Assembly: GCA_030704615.1 (NCBI GenBank)
Contig: CM060732.1
Location: 42,966,001 to 43,030,000, forward strand
Length of the DNA stretch: 64,000 nt
From: Takakia lepidozioides
Taxonomy: Eukaryota > Plantae > Bryophyta
Direction: 5' to 3'
Part shown: positions 1-12,131 of the stretch, one piece after another
Layout: every line of letters begins with the position of its first letter
How positions within the stretch are numbered: the first letter of the stretch is position 1
The notes under the pieces: model-generated
Told to the model about the DNA's origin: nothing
Databases searched by the model: none
What the model saw: the letters and a program-made list of their open reading frames with translations, nothing else
Position numbers and translations under genes: made by a program

Positions 1-19
1 CATTTAGGCTTCCATTGCA

Positions 20-215
20 TGGGGAAAAAAAAAACGCTGGTTCCTAGCTGGCATATCATCACAAATAAGTTTTTTCGAAGATCTTCTAAATCATCTGGAG
101 ATGTTCTTAAACATTTTGGATCTCCAAATCCTATATATGAATTAGGTATTCGATCGAAATTTGGATTACCACAAACTTCAGGAGCTGTAAGAATTCTTCC
201 ATTCAATTTACCTTT
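20..215 (-). mobile_element. Helitron Rep/helicase (Helitron_like_N region) remnant
   Basis: Minus strand reads KGKLNGRILTAPEVCGNPNFDRIPNSYIGFGDPKCLRTSPDDLEDLRKNLFVMICQLGTSVFF, resembling the Helitron RepHel motif R(T/S)SPxYxxxxxKxLFAMIRQLGxPTFF. AT-rich, degenerate and truncated. Confidence 0.7.
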
Positions 216-506
216 TTAAACACGAACTTCGTGGGCAAAACAGAATGAAATAATTCTAGTTCCGTGTATTAATGATTGTATCGAGCATCACATGCATTTA
301 TTAGATACGCAACTATTAAGCAACGAAAATCCTTATGGAGATGGCACCTACCACAAGAAAAAAAGAAAAAAAGAAAAAAGTATGACGCCTCCCCAAGGGA
401 GCGTAACTTATGGTGTCTCTTCACCACAAGGGCTACTGCCTTCCAGCTAAAAGTGGACACCTTCATGACACACCAGACCGTGGTTTGAACCCACAACCAC
501 ATCCAA

Positions 507-730
507 CGTCGTATGTGCCCATTACCACCTGGCGTCGCTTGTGCTCACGCCTACGTTTTCCTATGCTCACGCCATGTTTTTGTGCTCGTGAGCACAAATT
601 TCACTTTTTAGTCTAGCCATAACATTCTTTTGGAATATTCTTGAAATTTTCGGGATGCTCTCTTATGCTCACGTGAGCTTGCGCACACAGGCGTGAACGC
701 TCAAGCGCTACCCAAGCGCTACCCAACCTC
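507..730. repeat. Dispersed TE-terminal-type repeat (GTGCTCACG motif array), inverted relative to the copy at ~10960-11060
   Basis: Multiple tgctcacg/cgtgagca motifs. ttttcctatgctcacg (556-571) is the exact reverse complement of 11017-11032, and tatgctcacgtgag (664-677) of 11013-11026. Confidence 0.6.
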
Positions 731-1937
731 CTTTGGGTGGTGTATCAGAAACTGGAGTTCCTGGCCTTGGTGTACCATGCCAACTCATATTTCTCCCACA
801 CCTTTAACCCAAGGGTTCACCCCTTGTCTTTCTTCTTGTGATCTTCCTTCTTCCTTGCACCAACTTCCTTAATCTTTCCTGTAAAGAGTAAATGGTTGTG
901 CCACCTAAATCAAGATTTTCATGTAGTGGCGTTGCACTCTCGGCTTCTGGCGGACTGAGGGGTCCAGATGATTCTCCTACAATATTTTCCCAGAAATGCG
1001 GATAGTTAGCTCTTAAATAGCTCTCTCTTCTTGCTGTATATCTCTCTCTTCTTTCTCCTCTTGGGTGGCCCACAGAATAACAAGTTTACTGCTGCATATG
1101 GGCCTGGGGACTGCACATATAACTTGGACCAGAATTATAAGTATTGAAAACAAAATCCTGCATCAACTTAACCCAACAGCTCCATATGCAGATGTAAATA
1201 GAATGGAGGACTTTCGAAAGTCTCACTTTCCTCCACCAAGCTGCCAATGAAGGTGGAATGGAAGTACAACCATGCAGAAAGCTGTAGTACCCTCCTTGTT
1301 CCGAGCCTCAGAGGTTTCCTTTCACCATGCACTGGTCCATAATTAGAGGACATTCTTTCGATGATCTGACATAATTCGCAGTAGCATGTTTAGGCAGCGC
1401 ATGATCATCTCTGTGCGTCTGCAATTGTGAGAGTGTTACTGTCCAGGACTCTGACATGGATTGTTCTTGCCAGGTTTCCCTGATAAACTTGGCATCCAGA
1501 AAATAGAACGTTGATCCAACCAACATTCCATTTTTGTAATTTGATCAGGCTGTACTGCACCTCCCTTTGTATTTATTCATATTTCTTAGAAGATGATGCC
1601 TCAAAGGTTTAAGATCAGATCAAGAGTTCTGGCCAATCTCTCCTTTAAACAAGGTTCAAGTTTGCTGATGCGACCAAGGTAGAAAAATGGACTTCAGGTG
1701 CAAGTACATCTATTCTATAAAAGTGGCAGATGTGACTACCTGCATGAGGATTCTAGTTCTCGATCCGGTATCTACAGGGAAGATCTTGGCTCAAGAGTCC
1801 CAAAATAGCAGACTACTTTTTGCCGGGTTGTGTAGATCTTCTACTAGCCAAGACTGAGGAAATTTCTCAAACTGCAACAAATCGAGGGCAGGCTGTTGCT
1901 GTGTTTCATTAAGATGTCAACTTATCTACGTATGATC

Positions 1938-4900
1938 CTACACCACTTTGGGAAGGCGCACAATCATGATGCCCAATTTCCGGCTCACCTTCGTACTGTG
2001 CCCCCCAGAAGAAACGGCGGTGGGAAGTGGGATGACATGCTCCTCTGGAAATGCAAACCCCGGGCCACTATAATCCACGGTCCCAAAGTCTGTCAGTGTC
2101 TCAGCCTTCTTCTTGGACACCACCTTTGCGCTCTTCTTCTTAAGCACCGCCTTTGTGGTGACTTTCATTGATGCTTCAGAGCTCGTGACGGATATCACTG
2201 CATCGTCCGTCCCCGGAAATGGCCTTGGCAATAGGAGCTCCACTATCACAAACTTGCTGGTCTCTCGCACGGCATGTGTCTTCCAAGATTGCGCCGTAAT
2301 CTCTTTGCTGCTACTACTTGGCAGCTTGGCCGAGTCAATGGACTCGATGAGCTCGAGGTCTTCAGACAATAAGGCTCGCTTAGCCGTGCCCTCGCATACA
2401 GTCCAGATCGGCAGTGTTGAGTTGGGTCCTTGTGTGAGCGGTTCTATAGTAAGCTCAGACCATGGGACACTAGTGCCCACCGCCTGCAGGTTGGTGCCGT
2501 GGGCCACAACACACAATGTCATGAAGTAGGCCTTGCACCTTGGATTCTCTGCGAGGGCTCGTTGCAGTATGACCTCGACCCGATCACTCTCGCCACAATA
2601 TGAAAACGTCTCCAACAGCTGCAACACATCAGTGCTTGCAACGACCCCTAGCGCCAATGGCACTTTGGAGACAGTCAAGCATAGGGGCATTTCCCCACAA
2701 GCCAACAATGTGTAAAATTGTGCATTCGCTTGGAAGACCAACTTTATGAACGTTTTTTTCGAGTTCACGGGATCTCTTTGGAACATCGCATGGCCTATGA
2801 GCTCCCACTTGTGTGTGCAGGCGTCGGTGGCCACAAGAACACGCATGATCGACATGAGGATGCCCGGGCAACATAGATGGAGAAGGTGAAGCATTGTGAG
2901 TGGCGATGAGTATTCGAGCCCAGCCAAAGCGCCCGAGAAAATTCGATTGCCCTTAGTTGTCCACCCAAACTTTCCATTTGAGATATATGCGACTCTGTCA
3001 ATGGCGCAATGCAACTTGGCTGCAGTCATGACCGCGAGCAGCACCGTGGCTCCAGTGAGCCATGTGTCCTCGGTTGCGCACAGGTCCCATTTCCAGTGAG
3101 TTTGAAGGACGGGCTTGCTCGATGACCCCACCACCTCGGCCTGCACTTTGACTCCAAGGAGCTCTTGGTACGTATCAAGGTCCATCCCAATGCTACATCG
3201 GAGAAACGCTAGAGGGTCCAAGGTCCATTTGTACCACTGCAAACTTTGCATGTGGAGGATCGCATGCTTCACGACCTTGAGCAATGGCAGAGAGGCTTGC
3301 ACAACCGCTGGCACTGATACGTAATCAGCCACGTTACTTAAATCAATGAAATCAAACAAGAGTGTAGAAGATGATGGATGTTGGGGCCCTCCATTGAGCT
3401 GGTGGAGTAGTCGGAGGCAGCCCCCAAACAACATATCCTCTACGATGTTGCCGGCCATAAGTGCCACCCGGAGTGCACCCTGCTCGAGCAAGTCTGCCAC
3501 GGCCTTGATTTGTGGGGTGACTGTCTGTAGTAAGAGCTCATAGAGATCATCCGAACTGGTTGAGGTAGCCACATCAAGCTTAACTGCACGGTAGATGGAG
3601 GAGGACCAGTAAAGCAAATACTGCAAACTAGGCGCCTCCAGAAGCGTGGGATTGGCGCTTTGCATGTCCTTGGTTGTGTTGCAAACATTGCCAGAGTTAA
3701 TGTGCCGCCTGATCTGCTTATCGAATCGTATATGCCCCACCGCATATCCTACAAACTCAATTGCCGATTCGAGAAGGGTGGTGTTTGATGTGACACTCTG
3801 GTCATGCAGTTCAAGTAGCTCTTGGAGTGTCATAGTGCAGTCCCTCCACGAAGCAAATGCCTCCAACAGCTCAGCAGCCAAATTGCAGCTTGGCTCTGCT
3901 GGCAACACTAGCCAATCTGGCAAAGATGTTGCCAAGCTCACCAAGGCATAATCAAGGAGCTTGCGTTGAGGGCCGGTCAGTGCATGATTGGCCCAAATTG
4001 CGACAACATCGGCGGCAGAGGTTCCTTGGGCGATGAGTGACAGTAAAAGGACATCACGAGCCAAGATGGCGACATTGGAGTCAGATAATACGATTTGCAC
4101 CGCGCCCAGCGTGTCGAGGCGGGGCTGTAGGGAAGAAACTGTCTTCAAAAGATTGCGGATGTCACCACATGCCCCTAATAAAATGCGTATTGTCAGTGGA
4201 GCAGACGGTTGCAAAATGCCGTTCACATCTTTGTTGTCTGTCCCAGCACTCAGCTCTTGGCCCAACGACAGATCGTAGCCAAACGTATTTCCGACCGCAT
4301 AGAACTGTGGGCGCTTTTGCAAGTCATTGCACACCAGCCGGCTAGTACATGCAAGCGGAGAAAGGTGGGTTGCCCCTGTGCCGCCAGGTCCCCTTAGTCC
4401 AGGGGCTTCGGATGATCGAACGCTTCCCCACTTTTGGATGCCTCGAGCAGCCAATTCCTCGAGGGTGGGTACACTGGGCACAGAGATTCCTGCGTTGTCC
4501 CTCAATGTGCCCGCCTTGCATTTGCATAGAAAGATCTGGTTGTTCCGATTGATGACGGGCTTAGACCATAAACCAAACATCTTCTTGGTGTTTTGCATAA
4601 GCCTTGTAGAACAAAATCCCGACGACATTTCCTCCACAATTGCACTTTCGCGATCGGCAACAACGAATGTGTTGCCAGTGGCTGTGACTGTGGCACCGTA
4701 GTTCGCTGCCACATGAAGACCATCGCATTTCTTGCCAGATTCAATATGGCAGCCAGCAACGAGGGCGGTGGTGGCCCCCTGATATCATGCACAACAAGTA
4801 TCCATGTCAATGCAGCGACCATTTCGCAATTTCCTGGTATAATGAAGACAAGGGCAATTCTAAAGAGGCTAAGTGATGTGTGGTTTTAAGCCCCCATTGT

Positions 4901-6316
4901 AAAATCATGGGAAATCTCATCACAAGTTCAGAGATCTTACGCATGCCAAGCTTCACACGATCAGCCACAGAGGCAGGGATGATGATATGTAGTAAGCAGT
5001 GCACACACCTTCAGAAAGCACGCAGACGGAGTGTTGTCGGCCAACACGGAGTTTATGACGGACACACGGGCGCCCTGGTCGAGCGATAAGCCGAAGTAGC
5101 GGCTGCCCTTCACGACGCTAGAGGAGATGACCACTTCCAGCAGTATGCCAGCCGTCTGACCCCACTCGCTTGCAGCACGAGAAGCCGGGTCATTTGGGCG
5201 GTTATCACAAAGCTGTCGCTGTGCGCGGGTGGCTGCATTATGATTCTCACCATTAACCAACACACCCTCCCGTATCGTGTCTTGGATCTCGCAGTTGATC
5301 ATCTCGAGCCGGCGGGCGCCACCGTACGCAATGACGCCTTGATGACATTTTTTGATGCAGCATTCTCGGAGCTCCGCTGATCCACCCTCACGAACCTCCA
5401 CTGCTTGCTTGCTCAGATTCCCGAAGGTGCAGCGCTCCAGAATGGCATGGCCTTGTGTGACCAGCACCCCCACATCCTTATGGTCATGCACCGCACAGTC
5501 TACCAACGTCAGCCGTGCGTCTTGGCCACCAACGCAGACTGCACTAGCCATTTTCCTGCCAACCAACTTGAGGTGACATGCGTACACCTCGCCGCCAACG
5601 ACGTAGAGCTGGTGGCCATAGTCGCCACTAGTAATCTCCACAGTCCCGAGTCCGATCAGAGCCAAGGGGCCTTCCAGGTCCAGGTATCCCAGGGCGCTGC
5701 TGTAGAGGCCAGACTTGAGGATCGCAACGGACTTGCCCAGTAAAAGAGCAATGCCCAGCTTGCGGTCGGAGTCGACACACGCAATGGAAGAGATGTCCGA
5801 AGGCAACTTGAATTGCAAGCCCGTGCTGAGGACCACGAGCTCCTTGTAGATACGTAACATGGCCTCGTCTAGACTCCCCGGGAGCATGAGTGCCACTGAC
5901 ACTGCCATCGCCTCCGCGGCTTCGGCAACCCGCCCCAACGAGTACATTGCCTTGGAGAGCCTGGCGTGGGACTTGACGTGCAGAGGGTCCAGGGCCAGGG
6001 CTGCCTGCGACTCCGTTGCAGCTTGTAGGTGCTGTCCCACCGCCAGAAAGCAGGCAGCTAGGTTGGACCGAAGCGCCACCATGAGCGCTACAATCTGCGG
6101 AGGGCCAGTTTGGTTCGGGCTACCACGAGTAGTCACACCCAACTTCTGAAGGCCGGTGAGTGCTTTGTTGTACTCTGCTACGGCTTCGTCGTGCTTCCCC
6201 TCTCCGAAAAGAGAGTTGCCTTTGGCCTTCCTGCCTTGTGCCTCATCCAGAGCCTGCACCACCGATTGCCAGTCGTCGCCAACGCCCATGAGCGTGCTTT
6301 TGGTGGCTGTGGCCAT
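1938..6316 (-). CDS. TPR + right-handed beta-helix + DUF4470 (SAM-methyltransferase-like) + C-terminal CS/HSP20-like domain protein, ~1382 aa, 2 exons (6316-5009, 4778-1938)
   Basis: ORFs 4961..6352 and 1938..4712 join in frame through one phase-0 GT-AG intron, 5008-4779 (AAG|GTGTGT ... ATATCAG|GGG), giving ...TPSACFLK|GATTALVAGCHIESGKKCDGLHVAANYG.... TPR: KAKGNSLFGEGKHDEAVAEYNKAL, SNLAACFLAVG, ALALDPLHVKSHARL. Beta-helix repeats: LVDCAVHDHKDVGVLV, LERCTFGNLSKQAVEV. DUF4470: FYAVGNT, LLGACGDIRNLLKTV, AILARDVLLL, FDFIDLSNVADYV. C-terminus: IPLPTAV...KVSRKLGIMIVRLPK. First ATG at 6316. Confidence 0.85.
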
Positions 6317-8505
6317 GATGTGTCGAAGGAATGGCCCACTGGGTACTAGCAAACTGTTACAGATTGCCGTTCAGTAATGTCAGGTGATGGGAATATCAGA
6401 AATCTCACACCTGAGATCTGCACAGGAGATCACTTGAGAGATCAGCAAGCTGTTGCCAGTTGACCAGATATCTCCCGGGTTACTAGAACATTGAAGCCAG
6501 CTAAACTCATAGAACCTCTAAGCGAAATTCGTTCTCACTTGCTTCACCTTGCATCATAAAATGTTCACAACAGGAAATGGAACTCTACGTGTCACATTTA
6601 ATTGATAGTGCTGGTCAAACTGTGGGAAATCCCTTTTCAGTTTCACTGGCTCGCTCTTGTTCTACTTCCTCTGCCACAGGCTCCTCATTGGTAGGAACCA
6701 AGTGAATCTGGAGGAAGTAGACAGCTTCGACTCTAGTAATCTGCACACCGAAAAAAACCCTTCATGTCAAACCGGTAACGGGTTTTTCATGGTGGGAAAG
6801 AGAGCACATAGGCCATGAAATCGTATCAAAGTCAAGGGAAAGGGCTTACATGCAGTATCGCCAGCTAGCACTGAAATTGGAGTTCATACACACCGATTAC
6901 TATCCTTTCCGAAGCTTTCAATCTGCCAAAGCCATCACCAGGCAAAAAACACCATTTATCAGCATCACTCAGAGAGAGCTTCGATCTAGAAACTACACCT
7001 AGAATCCTTTGGAGACATCAGAGATTCCTACTAACAAGATGCTTCCATGGATGCAAGAAGCGAACCTACAGTAATCTGAAATACCACGTGGTTGCACTAG
7101 GCTGCCTGCTCTAGGATATCAAGCTTATCATGTGCACTTCGATCAAAAAACCACAAAAGATACAAGTAACCCTCAATTGCACCCAAATGTTCTAAGCTTT
7201 CATGTCTTCATGTCATCCAAGTCTAAATTTAACTGCGATCATGGTGCTCTATGAGTTGCTAGGGAGTTACTGCAGCAATCGGGAGTAGAAGCTGCGCTCT
7301 CCTTGCAGGATTCTACTGCAAATTGAGTAACGTCTTCTACTTTCCTCTTCCTCCGCAGCCTCCTACTCCAGTACTCTCTCTCCCTCTCTCTCTCTCTATT
7401 TGAAAAATGAACAAACAGAATTCTATGTGGATCAAAGACAATGCAACGAGCGCCTAACCATGTAGGACCATACAGGAAAAGCTAGATTGTTGACGTTCGG
7501 AATTCCACCTGACTTCAGGTTCAACTTAATGTGAATATCTGAAAATGAAGCAAGCATCCGCGATGTGCTATGCAGTTAGCTTGCATGCAGAGCGACCTAA
7601 TGCCTCGTCGTACCTGCAGCTTCAATGCTTCCCACCTTCTTAGACCTGGCATGCAAATTCCGTACCGACGACAAATCCTAGCGCCGAGCTACTGATTCTG
7701 TGATATAATAGCTTAATCCTGCTTCTAACTACTCTGCACCAGATTTGCTGCTGTGCACTATTCATCCGCAAAGAGCCATATTTTGTTGAGAGCTACCCAC
7801 ATTTCAGTCTAGCTTTTGGATATGATTACTTTTTGTCAGACATCCACACTCCGCTGTAGCCTACCCAACATTTGTAGCACCCAGGCATTCCAAATTAAAT
7901 AGCTGCATTGGGGAATGCCCTATCAGGTATCCGTCAATTTACTCCAGGGGTTCTCGAGAATGTGGGAACTGGTGGGAACCGGTGATTCGTGAAATTAAGT
8001 GATCTGTATTATGACGATAAATACCTATACATTGAATCTTACCCGCATCTACTGGGCTGCTCACTTGGAAGATGATCGAGATCGTACCTTATGCCTTTTG
8101 TAACGAGAAATTACACTTGGTGGATTGAACATTAGTGATTACAATGGTCTCTTGGACGTGCTTCTGTAAGTCCCAAGGAAGTCCTAAGTATTGTAGCTAC
8201 ATAGAGGTTCAAGATTATTGTCGGTAATAGAACCTCAAATGAGTTTTCGTGATTGTAACTGATCAAGCTTCTCTTCCAACCGCTGAACAATGCTGGCCAG
8301 CAAGTTGGCATTTCCGCAAAGCCTGCAAACAATTACCAGTACAAATCAGTCTCCCTGGATTGGCCTTACTACTTTCCTTTTCTGGCAACTTGACGAATCC
8401 CAACCAGGCTTCAAGGGAGGATTGTCTTTTAAAATTTCTTCAGTTGTGTGACTGTCCGTAAGTTCCTTGCGGTTCAGATTGACACATTTAAAGAAGGGAG
8501 GCTTA

Positions 8506-8700
8506 CCTCCCAAATCTCTTCATCAGTATATTGGTCTGTTGGGTCCAGTTGCTTCTGATTGTCAAACAAAGTGGGATCCTGTGGAATAATGCTTAATTTA
8601 GTTTGTAAGTCACTGAGCCCCAGTGTGCTGATGTCCACACCACCAATCAATATACAGCCCCCAACAGCCTCCACCATCCTGAACAGAGCCAAGCGGTACA
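8506..8700 (-). pseudogene. Isolated, degenerate exon of an ABCC/MRP-type ABC transporter (NBD2)
   Basis: [43 protein letters not shown]...[14 protein letters not shown] is followed by a GTAAG donor. It matches the ABCC NBD2 consensus (ALFRIVE...[33 protein letters not shown]...Y.D.EIWE) with a deletion after PTLF. No other ABCC exons seen nearby. Confidence 0.85.
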
Positions 8701-10959
8701 ATTCCAGACAACCTAGCAGGCTTGGGATCCTTGGAATTCTTGAATCTCTCAATCCTGCAACAGCTCTAGGGAGACTTTAAGATTTTCGATCTCATCCTAT
8801 GTCAACAAGCTCTCTCTATGTGGGTCTCCGCTCCCTAAGCAATGTCCCTCACAAGGAAGTATCCTAACAAGCCCGACTGTGGACAGTAGTGAAGCCACAT
8901 TTTCAGATCGGGTCGCAGAGTTTCTATCCATTCCCGGCTCTCTCTTATAGGCATGGCAATTGGGTTCGTCTCTATAGCAACAACGGCCATTGGCTGGCGT
9001 CCAGCACGCCATTGGTTATGGCGACCACAAACTGTGGTGAACTACGGTCGCAAGTATGGAGCAATTTCCTCCATACAGTACAGTAATGTGCTTTGTGTAG
9101 AATATACCTATATATATTTCGGTAGGCAAATGGAATTAAGTGCCTTCCTAACTTCTGCTTGTGTACTTCGAATGATGTTTGTGCGTTTATGTTTGTAGCT
9201 AGATTAGAACTCAGCTTGAAACAGACCGATTTTGCAGATTTTGCCTGACGAATCTGAGACTTTGAACCTCACACTTCTTCTATGTCTACTGGTACTTTTT
9301 GGCAACGAGGACACTTCTGATGTTGATGTAATCTTGCTGACAGAAAAGGTCGACTCAAACTATCCCTACCAGTTTGAACAAAGTCCTATAAAGGTGTTGC
9401 AGATATCCTAAATGCACGTCTGCTACACCGATGCGTACTGGCCGACATGACACTGCGTAGTCACCAGAAGTTGTTCAATTGAACAACTTGAAGAAGGTGC
9501 TAGCTGGGTTTACACCCCGTACAATTCTAAGAATGCTCATTACGTTGGCAATCCCTGGGGTCTACGCCTTCAAACCCCCGGATGTTTGGATGAAGCAGCA
9601 TAATCGTAAAGCAATATCCAGAAGGAAGGTGGATAAAATTGTCGACAGTTGAAAGCACTGCTTTACTATACACCACAGCCATGTGATATGTCATACTCCC
9701 GCTGCAAACCACACTCCTACCCTGATATAAGTCGAAAACGCCACACCCAGTTCGAGTTCAACCATGGAATACCCTTCCCCACCATTGCAAAACCAGAACA
9801 GAGGGGTCCCCCAAAAACAGAGGTTATCAATAGAGGGGTCCCCCAAAAAAAATTCTCAGGTTATCAATATGCCATTATCCAAGTGGAACACCACCGGGTC
9901 CATACAACAGTTATCAATATAACCTGATTTTCAGTTATGATACATTAAGATTTTGAAAGAAAGAAAAAAGAAAAAAGAAAAAAGAATGAAATATGAAGAA
10001 TCACAATATAATAATAATAATAATAATAAGTGGACCAGATTTGGTTCAAAAAAAGGGGAAAAAAAAGAAAAAGAAAAAGAAAAAGATAGGAATGCTTATG
10101 AGCTTTGAAGGTTTTGGGTTTTCCTTCCAAAAGCCTTTGACTAATAGTCCTCTTAAATGCGGACCCCATGTGGCTACAGAATTACTACCCATGGATGCGG
10201 CTAGGTTGTAATAAAATCTCAAGGTCTTGTCTAAAAGTTATTACCCGGCTGATTTTCAAGGTTAAAGTCTGGTTCCATGTAGTAAGCCAAGTTGGCCGCC
10301 GCCGGTCCCAGCTTGGGCCGGGTAATTGGCGAGATGGCCCTCTCCGGTTCTAACTCAAGCAGGGTCCACCAAAAATTTGGGTGGCGGGTCTCAATAGTAT
10401 GATACCCTAATTATTACCCGTCCGGGTATATATGTGAACATATATACCCGCCCAACACTGATGCCAAACCCATGGGAGATCATACCTTATGCTGTATCTG
10501 GGAAAGTCCAATTAAGATCTGGTCAACAGGTAATAGCAAATGTGGGTAGACATTAACTAACCTTGGTCGTAAAGAGGCCTCCACACTCATGGAAAGCATC
10601 TTGGGATACACATGTATCACCCACCAGAAGCAAGGCGATCACTGTGGACCCCCAACTCCCTCAGTCTTCCATCTTCCCGAACTTCTTTCACGCAACTCTT
10701 CACTACGGAGATCTACACCGTCAATGGTTTTCACAAATCAGGAAAACGTGGCGCAAACACATCAATGTCATCTAGAATCGACTTTAAGTCGGGTAAAAGT
10801 TTTTAAGACTTTTTATTTTTACGCCACAATAATTATCCCAGTGACAAGGTGGCAGCTTACGTGTATTGCAACCTAGCTTTTTCTCTTAGATTTTTTTTTT
10901 CAAAAAAATTGGACCGGTGGACGACAGTTGGACGACGGCGGGGGACGGGGACGGCCCGG

Positions 10960-11060
10960 TGACTGCCAAATGGCAGCGAGGGTTGGTAGAACGTGCACAC
11001 CCGTGCGCACAACTCACGTGAGCATAGGAAAATGGAGTTGTGAGCACAAAATACGACAAT
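10960..11060. repeat. Dispersed TE-terminal-type repeat, inverted partner of 507-730
   Basis: ctcacgtgagcataggaaaa...gtgagcacaaaatacgac is reverse-complementary to segments at 507-677. Confidence 0.6.
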
Positions 11061-11624
11061 AGAGTACCCATGTTTTCATGGAAATAGAATACGAATGACA
11101 GAATTAGGGTTCCTACATGACAGTGGTAGAGAGCAGTGGTCCAACACATTCAAACATTCTACATTCGGGAGAAGGAACAGGGAGGAGGGTCAGGCTAGTC
11201 CGGGAAATGCGTATAAAAAGTGTGATCTGGAGTCCAATCCACTGAACAATTTCTCCTGAACAATTTCTCCTTTCCAAGGAGATATTCTTCATCGTCGTAT
11301 GGACAGGATCTCGTGGTATTAGGAGGCATTGAGCTCATTCCATTTTGCAGCCCATATGTCCCAATGCCTGCTCCTCTTATTATATACAACTGGATTCATT
11401 GCTTAGTTGAGGTGGGTAGAAAAAAGGCATGCAAATAAATATACAAATTTATCACCAGTAGCCTTAGGATATGTGCAAACATTTGGGTTTAGGGTTTATG
11501 GACCCCCACATAGTCAGTCGTCATTATATATGTGATTGATTGTCAGGGTAGAGTTGGGCAGGTGAGCATTAGATTCCTATAAGTATGCTAGCAATCAATA
11601 TCCCTGTCTATAGTCTGGTCGTAC

Positions 11625-11946
11625 CTTGTATTGTCGTTTGAGATTTTCAATCTTCATTTTGCATTGATTGCTGGTCTTGGCCGTGCCCTCATCGTGTGCG
11701 CTTACATGGATGGCCACCTCCGTCCATTGCCGGCCTCTCAAATTCCCTCTTTGAAGAGACACATACTTCTCCTCATAGATATCAAGCAGTGAATGAACAG
11801 CACCATGGCTCTATTGTCCCATTCCTTGATCTCTTTGACGATTTTCTCTCCAAAAGTGGCGTACCCTGCAATACAGGGTAATGTATATTGCTGTCATAAA
11901 CGGCCATAGCAAATGCTGTAGGATCAATTGGTTCCAGATTAGCCAT
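11625..11946 (-). pseudogene. Trihelix (SIP1/ASIL-like) Myb/SANT DNA-binding domain, pseudogenised N-terminal half
   Basis: Q*SHGAVHSLLDIYEEKYVSLQRGNLRGRQWTEVAIHVSAHDEGTAKTSNQCKMKIENLKRQYK. The conserved first Trp (WSxGA) is a TAG stop, and the upstream ATG at 11946 is out of frame. Confidence 0.75.
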
Positions 11947-12131
11947 TTTTATCTATCACAACTCCACAAAGAGAACGTTCAAATGGCTGCAGAGACCACT
12001 ATAGCCTGTAAAATCCTGCACATAACGGCAGCTTAAATTCCTCTTCAAACACCGCACGAGACGGAGAGGCTTGAAATTCCGACACAGACTAGAGGGGGAA
12101 ATTTGAACATTATTTTCAAAACTGAGGGTCT

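Noticed and set aside
1-300. AT-rich segment as a possible organellar (plastid) insertion
   Set aside because: The minus-strand translation fits a Helitron RepHel motif better, and no plastid gene was recognised.
804-1073. ESYLRANYPHFW as a Gypsy chromodomain remnant
   Set aside because: Only a short motif resemblance; the flanking chromodomain and integrase residues are absent.
1896-6377. Numerous plus-strand and alternate-frame ORFs
   Set aside because: These are shadow ORFs of the long minus-strand gene.
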